DNA of 64,000 nt from Geosiphon pyriformis uo1 (lineage: Eukaryota > Fungi > Glomeromycota): NCBI GenBank assembly GCA_016748015.1, contig JAAOMT010000439.1:331527-395526 (forward strand), in the 5' to 3' direction. Each line of letters opens with the position of its first letter. The first letter of the stretch is position 1. Of the stretch, positions 24,601 through 35,200 are shown one piece after another. The notes below the pieces were generated by a model. The model did no database searches. It saw nothing but the letters and a program-made list of their open reading frames with translations, and was not told where the DNA came from. The translations under genes were made by a program, and so were the position numbers.

Positions 24601-26357
24601 GCAATGGATTAGGTGTTTATAAGAATCTCATCCCAATCGTATGGTTTAGGGATTATAGAAACTCAAGCTCTTTTCCACAAAACAGACACATTCTCTACTG
24701 TCAAACAAAAATTCAGTAAACCCAAAAGACACTTCAACACCATATCATCACAGTGCTTCCACAACTCATTAGAAATACCAGACAGACCAGCAGCCTTGCC
24801 ATCAGATAAATTGTTAACCACCAAAAGCAACTCATTCATATTGATCGAGCATATTATATCAGAAAAAGTATTATCTCTTACATAGTCCAATGGAGCATAC
24901 TAACAAGTCTAGACATCAGACACAACCGAAGACACAGTTTTTTTCCTAGTCCAGTCCTCCATGATTTCATTAACACCAAGTTTTACCATATCTGGCTCCA
25001 ACACCAAATCATTACCAATAACCAAATGATCAAGAACCACCTTATGGAAAGGCTGATCCAAAACACTTCTAATCATCACACCCTTATTAAAACAAAATTT
25101 TTCTATGTGGCACTCAATGGCCTTCCGAACAAAAGCTTCCTCAGCCAACTTTAACTCATATATTTTGGATTTTCTGTACTCCTTCCGAATTAATGACAAT
25201 TGCCTTAAGACATCCAAAGACTTGCTACCAACCCGGATCATATTGGCAATCATGGCAGTCTTATTACTATCCAGTTTGGCCCAGACATTGATAAGCTGAT
25301 TGATTCTTTGTAAATCACCCAATCCCAGTCCTTTAACAACTTTAGCAACTAACAGTTCCAACCTGAAAAACCTAGAAGAAAATTTGTTCCTGGAACACTG
25401 AAACTCACTGAACCAATGTTTTGAAAATATCCTATCTGCTGAGTCTACCAACACCTTTTCCAAAAGTACCCATATGTCATTCACATCAGCACAAGACAGA
25501 GCATCTGAAAACTCACCAGACACAGCCAAAAGCTTGGCAGAAGAGCAATCCTTAAACCAAGACTATTTAATCCCATCAGCAGTCTTAATGAGAAACTTCT
25601 AGTGATCTTTGTTAGCCTGCTTGCACAAGCTATTCAAATGGCCATCTAAAAGGCCACCCAAACCAATAGAGACAGAAACCGCACAGTGATCAGTGTCAAA
25701 AAAGTTGGAAACAGAGCCAACCTTATGATCAGTGACAGCAGATGCCAAACTCTCACTAACAAAAATGAAATCAATAGTCTTTTTCACCCCTCTAGAATTA
25801 CTCTATGTAGAATTACTGACTAAAGAGTGGCCAGCAAATGAGTTGACCAAACCCAACCCCAGACAGAATTTGAAACTCACACTTCTTTTAGATCCATTTT
25901 CATTGAAATCCCCACCCAAAACAATGAAACAGCTGGAGTTAACAGCCTTAGCAATGACAGAGTTTACTTTAAAAGCCTGACCAAAACAAATTCCAGAAGA
26001 TACACCTGCATATAAACCAATAATAGATACTGAAAGCTTATCTTTGAATAAGAGATGTACCACTATGACTCGATCAGGAACTTCCTCAATCTTAGTGACA
26101 TGACAGGCCAAAAAGTCGGCCATAATAATAACCACCCCAGCACCATGAAAACTCTTATCCAAACCCGAAGAAAAAATCCGCACACTGTTAAATTTATTCA
26201 CAATCCACAGCCTAGTTGAAGACCTTAACTTTGTTTTCATGATGATAGAAATCAAATTTCCAGAATCAAAATGCCAATACACAACATCCTCTTGTTTAGC
26301 AGGAATGTTGATGCCACGAACATTACATATAGCCATCTTCCAAACCAAGTCATTCAT
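21668..26357 (-). pseudogene. LINE ORF2 (APE-RT-RNaseH-Zn finger), disrupted
   Basis: Motifs CNVRG, LGGDFN, TIDFIF, TDH, DGLDQGEVFSPLLW, FVDDTI, FMDGS, SSTMAELQA, DSQLAID and CLLC..E..DHVFMC. Confidence 0.92.
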
Positions 26358-28218
26358 TGGGGTGAATAGGTCAAAGACAAACTCGTACCAGAACACAGGA
26401 GATCTAACTTCACCAGAATTGAACCAAACAAAGCCTCTAGAACAGACAACTTAGATTCCAAATCACCTACCTTGAAGGTAAAAACTTTTGAACCACTTGA
26501 ACTGAGAATGGCAGCAGACTCACTACCACCAGAAAAGGGAGGATCAACTGGAGCCAACACATCATCCAGAGCCATATCTGAATCCACAACTGGAGCCAAA
26601 GACATGGAGGCAGCCAAAAGAAAAGCACAAGAAGAAGATACCAATGGCACCAGTTCAATGAAACTCAATTTTTTAAGAATAACAGCAACTTGATCTGAAA
26701 GAATCTCCAAAGAGTGCTTTAACACCACTAAACAATCATTTAAACTGACAACTTGAGGACTAAAAGGGCCCAAAAAGAAAGGTGTGCCACCAGAAAGAAA
26801 ACCAGAACTGGAAGGGAAGCTACCAGAAGATGAGGCAATAGACACTACTTAAGCCCATGATTTGCCACCAAAGACAGCAGAACAAGAGATGGGAACATTT
26901 TTCTTGGCATACAATCTTGTCAGCTGAAGATGATTCGCACCAAAAGAAGGTTTTTTAAACAACCCAGAAGATATAGGAGGTAGAACAACAAAGGCATCAC
27001 ACTCAAGGGCTGAATGACTCAAATGGCCACATTTCCCACACCAAACCAAATCTAATCTAGCCCAAGAAAGACAAATGTCACCGAAAATAGACTCAGTAAG
27101 AAAAGCAGATTCCAACTCCTTGACAGATCCAAAGCCAACCACAGCACAACAAAATCTATTGCCAGTTTCCAATGAACAGTTGATAACACAAGTTTTTCTG
27201 CCAGCTTTTTCCAAAAGAGTACCAAGATCATGCGCAATTGTCTCCACTGGCAAAGTAAACAACAGCACTCTAAACCAATCCCTAGACACCCAGATATCAT
27301 GATCCCCCACTGCTTTAGCAACATGTACTGAATTTTTTTTGATCAGGAATGACTATTTTAAGGCCAACAGATTGGCTTGACTCGATTCGGCAAACTTCAC
27401 CACAGCCTTCTGCCACATGCTGATCAACTGAATCTTGATAGATTTAATTTCCCCAAAAGTGGATACTGCAGTGACAATTATCTCTTTTGGTGTATCTATG
27501 GGAATTTTTTTAATGACAATAGCCCGATCTGAGCGCATTCCTTGTTTTTGAAGATTGGTGTTTACAATGATCCCATTTTCTCTGGCCAATGATATGACCT
27601 TTTCCATGCTCTCTTCAGAAGTAAGGGTAGATCGAATAATCCCTTCAAACTTTGAGGGGGTAGTGGTCCCCCCAAAACCATTGACTGAAGAAAAAAATTT
27701 TCTAATTAGCCGGGTCTTCACCATTGCTGAATTACCTTTCACAGCTGAGAGATTAATATCCAATGCAAATGATTTCTTAATTGATACTTCCACAGAAGTC
27801 TTAATAATTTTTGGATTGATCCACTTTTTCTCCAGAGAGATAGGCAAGCGAGGAGGAAGCACAATTTCATCATTATCTATAGTAAAATTAGGAGAGCCAA
27901 GTGGAGAGCCAAACATTGCACCAGTATTAACACGTTTCACCTTGGGAGTAGTGGCAGCTGAGCCCAGCAGAGACCTCTCATTTATATCAGTCATGTCAAC
28001 ATTCTCATCATTATCTGACATACTATCCACATTAGAATATACACTATCACTAGGCTCAGATTTACTCAAAGCAATATCTTTTTTGTTACCAGAATGTTTA
28101 ATATTCCCAAGAACCACTTTTTTTTCTAAGCAAAAGAACCACTAGCAGGACCATGGAAAGCACTTTTGGATGTCTTTTTTTTGGACATATTACTGCTTGA
28201 AGCAGTTTTCAAATCCAT
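26354..28218 (-). pseudogene. LINE ORF1 (RRM-like plus CCHC), disrupted
   Basis: Fragments 27353-28117, 26849-27310 (CGKCGHLSHSALEC) and 26354-26845. Homologous to copy 1 ORF1. Confidence 0.85.
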
Positions 28219-28685
28219 AATGAAAGGATTATTTAAAAAAATGTTGAAAGATTTGACAAGAAAAAACAGAAAACTTCTTTTTCAGAAATGCACCTTTTTT
28301 GAGAATTTTGGAGGTAAGAGAGAAAGAAGTTTTTTTATTTTTATAATAAAATTTTTTTTGCTAATTGCTTTTTAAATTTAATTGTTTTTTTTTAATTCTT
28401 TATATGTTTTTGTAATTATAATTAAAACAAGTAAAAATTTTTCTAATTTTTTTTTTAAGTTATTAATTGTATTGGTTTTAATTTAAAATTATATTTATAA
28501 TTTTATTATTATTAAAAAATATTTCAGTTGTTAATAATTTATTAATTATTATAATATAATTTTTAAAATTTTTGATAAATTGTTAAATATATTTATAGTA
28601 ATTAATGGTTTAATTTCTTAAATTTTTAATTTTTAATTATAGAAAAAAATATATGTTTTTTGTTAATAGTTTTGAATTATAACAA

Positions 28686-29530
28686 TATTACAGATGATTA
28701 TTTAGGATCTCAAAGCAAATAACAAATCTGTAACTTGGTGCTTGATTGGTATTCTGGTGTTAATATCTAAAAATTTGATTGATCTAAAAGTTTTTGTATA
28801 GAGTTCTTTGTATAATAGACAGAGATTCAATAGTTGTTTCAATAGCCTCCCAGAATTGCAATTCCATCAAATTTTTTCTCAGCATGGTGGCTGGTAATCC
28901 TCCTGATAAGCTATCCTCAAATCTATGAGTGTTCTACCTTTGTTTTACAGGTTTTTTACCAGTCCCTATGACATCTATAACTTAGCACTTTAATTCTTGA
29001 TCAATTAGTCAACCAAAAAAAATACAAAAGAAATAAAAAAAAATAAAAAAAATAAAAAAATAAATAAAAGCAATTGCAAGTTAATATCCCATCAATAGTC
29101 ATGATTAAGAGCTATTGTTCCAGTATATTTAAGTATCAATTACTATTAACATGAAGTGTTAATAGTGGAGAGTAAATTAAGATAGTGAATAATTATTTAT
29201 TGATATTTGTGAATGGAAGATTGTTTAGATCAGATCTAAACTGGGAGATCCTTTTTTCTACTTTTAATACTACTGCTATATATATATAATTGAGATTTCC
29301 CCATTCCTCAATTCTTTATATCAAAAATCTTGGAATTCTTAGAATTCTGCAATTTCTTTGAAAGGAATCCTGGAATTTTGGAATCTTGTGATTCCTTGTA
29401 CAAGAATTTTGAAATTTCTTGAATTTTGCAATTTTTCTGAAAGGAATCTTAGAATTCTATATTTACTATGACTACTTCTAATTGACTAATTTATATGCTA
29501 ATATATACTTCTTATATTCTATGAGTAATA
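28686..29530 (-). repeat. 3' LTR of element A
   Basis: Homologous to 47051-47829. Termini TATTACA...GTAATA are mutated TGTTACA...GTAACA. The PPT complement ttattctctcttttt follows. Confidence 0.9.
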
Positions 29531-29543
29531 TTATTCTCTCTTT

Positions 29544-30173
29544 TTAATATTGAGTTCTATCAAGATTTTCTAATTTTAATTCTCTGTCTTTGAGTATTTC
29601 TTGAATTTTTTTTTCAAGAATTATTTGTGCTATCTTGTTCTGTAATTTTTCAAATTGTGCATTTGTTATTTTTTCTATCTGGTTAATAGTAATAAAGTTC
29701 ATTACTGGATTAAGTAAGATTTCTGGTCGATCTTGAAATCTAGTATGTAGTCAATAGATGGCTCTTGCTTGTGTTATTAGATTGTTTTTTCTCACAAATT
29801 GTTCTAGTTGTTACAGTATAACTGTGTCAAATAATCATTTTGTTTTATCCATGTATAAATTCTGAATGTTCAAGTGTCATCCTAGGTGAAAGTAACAAAA
29901 GTTTTTTGGAAATTATTGTATCCACCAATTCCAAGTTTCTATAGTCAACTCTTAGTATTGGATGACTTTCAGTTATGTTTCTATCACCACTTTCACTTTT
30001 GTAATTATTTTGTTCATGGTGTTCTCTATTTTCCTTTATATTTTGTCTTGTGGTCTTTTTCTGGTGTTTATGTATCAGATAATTTGTTGGTTGATTGTAA
30101 TTTCTATTTTTTGTTGTTGTATTAGTTAAAAAAGTTGTTGTGCTAGTAAGTAAATGCTGTCAGTAATCTCCAT
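29544..30173 (-). pseudogene. Element A ORF3 (unknown protein, 210 codons, env position)
   Basis: ATG 30173 to TAA 29544 is 630 nt. Reads MEITDSIYLLAQQLF...QLEQFVRKNNLITQARAIY*LHTRFQDRPEILLNPVMNFITINQIEKITNAQFEKLQNKI. Homologous to ORF3 of B and C. Contains internal stops. Confidence 0.7.
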
Positions 30174-30229
30174 TTCTACTGTCTTTTGTCATGTATACTG
30201 TGTCTTTATATATTCTTTTGGTTGTTTAA

Positions 30230-31608
30230 TTTTACATGTTTGGTTCAATAATTATGATTGATTCTAAATCTTGTAAAATCTTATCTGGTTTGACTAGTAT
30301 TTCTTGTACTCCTAATTGTAGAATATTACTAGTGGATGATATTGTTGTATTGTGGTATGGCTTCAGTTGATCTTTATGTGCTGCTTTGGTTAAGAATTTG
30401 TTGTTCAATCTTAATTTATAAGCTCCATTTCCAAGAATTTTTTTTATGTGAAATAGTTCATCCCATTTGGGGTCAAATTTTCCACTCCATTGTTTTTCTG
30501 CTTTGGTATAATATAAAAGTACTTTGTCTTCAATCTTAAATTCAACTAGTTTCTCTAATAGTTGGTTATTGTGTCTTTTTTTTTGTTTTTTCTGTAACTT
30601 TTATATATTATCAGCTACTCTTTGCCTTTTGTTTTCTAGTGTTTCCTTTAAGGCATATGTTTTTCTTAACAATGTTCTTTGGAAATTTTCTTCTGTTATT
30701 GGTTCTGTTGGATATGTTTGTACTTTTATCTCCACTGGTAGTGTTGCTGTTTTACCATATACTAATTCAAATGGTATTGTTTGTGTAGTATCTTGCTTCA
30801 TTGTCCAATAAACAAATAAAACTGATAGTATGAACAGATTCTATTTATCTTGATTTTCTTGACTGATTTTGGCAATTGCTTTACATAATGTTCTATTGAA
30901 TCTTTCAACTAATCCATTGGTTTATAGATGATATGGTGATAACAATGATCTTTTAATTCCAAATCTTTGACTTAATTCTTCTAATGTTCTATTTACAAAG
31001 TGAGTTCCTTGATCCAATAGCAATTTTTTTAAACATTTGTGTTAACAAATCAAGTCTTAATAAACGAATTCAACAATGGATTCTGCATTTGCTCTTTGAA
31101 TGGCTTTTGCTTTTGGCCATTTTGTGAGATAATTCATGATTACTGCAATATATTTGTTGCCTTTGTTGGTGATTGTTAATGGTCTGACTAAGTCAATTCC
31201 AATGTGATTGAATGGTTGTTTCACTTTGATTGGTCTCAGTAGTTCACTGAGTTTTGTTCCTCCTTTTTTCTGACAAGCATCACAATTTTGAACATATTAA
31301 ATAATGTTTGGATATATTAATAGCCAATAATATCTTTTTCTGGTTCTTTCTATTGTTGCTTCTTTATGAAAATGTCCTGCTGTTGGATCTGAGTGCATAT
31401 TAAATAATATTGTCTCTTTTTTTGGTTCTGTAATTACTCTGGTTGATTGGTCTGAATTCTTTTTGTTCTTCTGATAAAGTATATTTTGGTGATTGATAAA
31501 ATATTTTGATTGTTGTTTTATGTTATTTTGTTTTTTTTGAAATAATTTTTCCTTGAAAAATTGAGTATTTATATAATATTGGAGTTGTTGGTATTTTTGT
31601 ATATTCAT
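30230..31608 (-). pseudogene. Element A integrase (separate ORF), disrupted
   Basis: MNIQKYQQLQYYI..., HHCC domain (MHSDPTAGHF...YYW...C..C), then rve core and PFELVYG. The 3' end is approximate. Confidence 0.85.
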
Positions 31609-31673
31609 CTTTTGTTATATTTTTGGGTTGAAATTTTTTTAAATTTGTCTCATTTATGACAAACTGTTGGCAT

Positions 31674-32276
31674 TGTTACAGTTTAAAAATTTAGCAAAAA
31701 GAATCATAAAAATAATACAAACTATTCAATCATAATATAGCACAGTAATAATCTTAGAAAGGTAATGATTAACATAGTAGCAAACACCATCTCGCGATAG
31801 TGGCAAGCACCAGTTCACAATAGCAGCCAACACCAACTGGTGATAGCAGCAAACACCAGGTTGAAATATCAAAAANNNNNNNNNNNNNNNNNNNNNNNNN
31901 NNNNNNNNNNNNNNNNNNNNNNNNNNNNNNNNNNNNNNNAATTGATAAAAGCTTTATTGTGAGAATTAGAAAAGCACTAAAGACTATTAACATTCTGTGT
32001 TTCTAGATTAGAGAAACACATCAGGCAATTGCAAGAATAGCCTTAGAGAAGACCCCAAACAGTGGGTAGATTTCAATTCAGCCTCTGAGAAGAAGTACAT
32101 AAATACACACAACAATCAAGAATTAAAGAATAACTTACATCACAACAGTAAAAAGAAAGCCTTCAGTGTAACAGTGACATTATCACACAAATAGAATTGA
32201 GGAATTCATGAAAGACTGATTGCAATTAAAGTGGGATATCTGCAATTAAATATAACAAGAAAACTATTCTGTAACA
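31674..32276 (+). repeat. 5' LTR of element B (contains an undersized N gap)
   Basis: Near-identical to 39930-40796. The 64 Ns stand in for about 330 bp present in the 3' LTR. Confidence 0.93.
31876..31939. other. Assembly gap (N run)
   Basis: 64 Ns. Confidence 1.
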
Positions 32277-32296
32277 TTTGGTGAACCCTATGAAGA
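32277..32296 (+). promoter_or_regulatory. Primer-binding site of element B
   Basis: ttTGGTGAACCCTATGAAGA directly after the LTR end. TGG is complementary to tRNA CCA. The cognate tRNA was not identified. Confidence 0.75.
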
Positions 32297-35200
32297 AAGA
32301 AAATCAAAAAGGAAATAATAATTAGCAATAATTCATTGCTAAAAAGGAAAAGACAAAAGTGGCGACAAAAACCCCTAATCTTACTGTTCTTGAATTCTGC
32401 CATGCTATTTACACACAAAATCAAAGTGATCTTGAATTACCAGAAGGGTGTTGTCCAGCAGAATCTGCCCTCACTTATTATATTAACGCCAGAATAAATT
32501 ATTATATAGAAAAGGAAGAAGAACCACATGATGCAAAACTTGGATTGTATAGAGAATTATCACAATACACTACAAAAGAAGTAGCAGTAATAGCCGCAAC
32601 TATTGTCAAAATCCATCGAGAAATTGAGCAATACGCCAACGAAAATTTTCCAATATTCACAGGAAACACTAAGGAACGCACCAACAAAACCAAAAAAAAT
32701 TTAGAAACTAATCAGGAAAGTAACCAGCAAAAACTAGGAACACCAGCTCAAACGCCAAAGAAAACTGTCACTCAATCAATAAAGAAACAACGTATTTATT
32801 CACCAGAAGATAAATCATACCATTTTTCACCAGAAAATAAGATACAAATTCCATTAGGAGCTGTATTATCATCAACATCAACTCCACAAATGCCAAGAAC
32901 TCCTAGTTATATTGATAAAATTAAACAACGTAACTGGGGAGACATACCAATTACAGGAAGATATTCATCACTATTCCAAAACCCTCTTTTTCAGCCAAAA
33001 TTTAGAACGGGGTTTGAAAACCGTGAAGAGGAGTTTGAATCAGAATCCAAAAAAGAGACCAGTGAAAAAACAATCACAAGACCAGTCACTGGAACAAGCA
33101 GCCAGTCCAGAAACCAAAAAACTCGTGATCAAGAGGAAGAACCAGATATAAGGGAAGCCACCTTTAGGAATGCTCAAGAAAATATCATCCCATCTCCTCT
33201 TAGACCAATAAACTCACCAGCAGAAAATGGCAACAAAATGACCACACCATACATTGCAAGACTAACAGATTTCTCAGAAGAGGAAGAAGAAACGGACGTG
33301 CACACATGGCTCAGAGAAGCACAAAAAGCCATCCAGGCAAATAACTGGAATGACCAAAGAGCAATTTAAACATTACTTTTCTTCCTGAAAGGCACAGCCG
33401 ACTCGTGGTATCAAAGCCTGAAAACAAAACCCACGAGCTTCGCCAAATTTAAAAATGCACTTCTGGAGTATTTTAGCGACTCAAACACCATAATCCAACT
33501 ACAGAACGAATTCAATACTATCAAGCAAAATACCGGTGAAACTGTCACCCAATATCTTGCTCGATTCAATCAAATTCGCCATCAGATTGAAGCGATTGAA
33601 CAAGGATACTACACTGATTCTCAGGTTTTAAATCAGTTTATTAGAGGATTAAAAAGCAGCATTTTAGGAAGAGTACGCCCTGCCCATTTTAATTCCTTAC
33701 CAAAAGCCATTACACTTGTCAGAGTCCTTAAATCGGCTGAAAAAGAAGCTAACCATAGTCAAATGGTTAACATAGTAATGGAGGAAAATAAGACAGAAAC
33801 ATTAGAGAAAAGAGTAACGTAATTAGGGGAGGAACTCTCTAAGAAAATAGAAAGTTACCTCATCCTGGATCTGAGAAAAAATACATACCAACCACTTCAA
33901 AAATGCAGCCAGGAAGTCAGCGACAGTCGAAATAATTGCTCATTGTGCCAGGAATTCAGAACAGAAACACGCGCCTGCCATTTTTGCAAATGTGTAGGAC
34001 ATTTGATTAGTCAATATCAAACGTGAATGATGCAAGAAGCACGTGAAAATAATTACTACGCGCCACCCCAAATACCCAGAAACCAGTACACGCCAATACC
34101 ACACCAATATCCCACCACATATCAAAATCATGGAGCTTACCAGCAACAGCCCATGATAGCCAATCCGAATTGGCGTCCTGAGGCCCGAAATCAGCCCATG
34201 TGAAACCAGAACGCGTTGGTCCAGAGGAATCCAAACTGCGCCAGAACCAATCAGCAAACCAATCCAAACTACCAAAATTATCAACAAACTTACCTTAATA
34301 TACCAGAAAACCTAATCATCAGAAACAATGATGATAGAAACATAAACAGAACCAAGAATTCCTCCAAATTGAGCCAGACAATACCACCAGCAGTTGCCAC
34401 CAAAGATAGCAGCCTCGCAGCTATTTTTCCTTTTGAATTAGAGGAAAACGAGGCTATGTTCAGTGGAGCAGTATTGGACAAAAAACGCCCAATCACTACT
34501 ATGTATACGGAAATCACTGTAAACAATACCCCAATCAAACTTATCTTAGACAGCAGATCCGCTGGAAGCATCGTAACGCTTCAACTAGTAAACCAACTGG
34601 GTTTCAAAGTTGATCGTGCCACGACATCCCAAATCATAACAGCCGATAGAAGTACAAAGCTGCCTCATGGCGAAATTGACTCATTCCCTTTCGAAATTAA
34701 TGGCATAGTAATACCTACAAAAGTATTAGTAATGGATGCTACACAATATTAAGCATTAGTAGGAAATGACTGGCTAACAAAAGCCAATGCCACTTTAGAC
34801 TGGACCACCCAAGAGCTTCTGATCAATTATAATGACCACCAAGCCAAAATTCCAGCCACCTGTGGCCACTTCCAAAAACCCAGTGCCAACCAAAGACCTA
34901 CCTTCAAATTTGAGGAAAATCCAGCATTACCAGCCATCAAAACCTATCAGCTCTCTTGGGCTGATGACTAAAGAACAGGACTACCAGCCGTACCAACGTG
35001 GACCAGCGAAGAAAGATCTGAATAGAACCAAGTAAGTTTACAAAGAAACCACCAGCGATGCAGACCAAAGCTAGAATGCTCAGTTTGCAAGAAGAAACTC
35101 TTGTCTATGACTGCATGCAGCGCACCGGACGAAGACCCAAGAAATCCCACCCACTACTATTGTAACCATTGTAACAAAGAAAAATACGGTTACCCAGAAA

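Larger units (their letters stand above)
21531..28330 (-). mobile_element. Full-length decayed non-LTR retrotransposon (LINE with RNase H), copy 2 (diverged relative of copy 1)
   Basis: Poly-T (A-tail) at 21531-21541. 3'UTR, ORF2, ORF1 and 5'UTR are all colinear with copy 1. The 5' boundary is approximate. Confidence 0.92.

Noticed and set aside
1950-28330. Inverted LINE pair as the ends of a composite or cargo-carrying element
   Set aside because: The copies are substantially diverged, LINEs do not mobilise flanked DNA this way, no outer TSD was found, and the enclosed genes are ordinary housekeeping genes.
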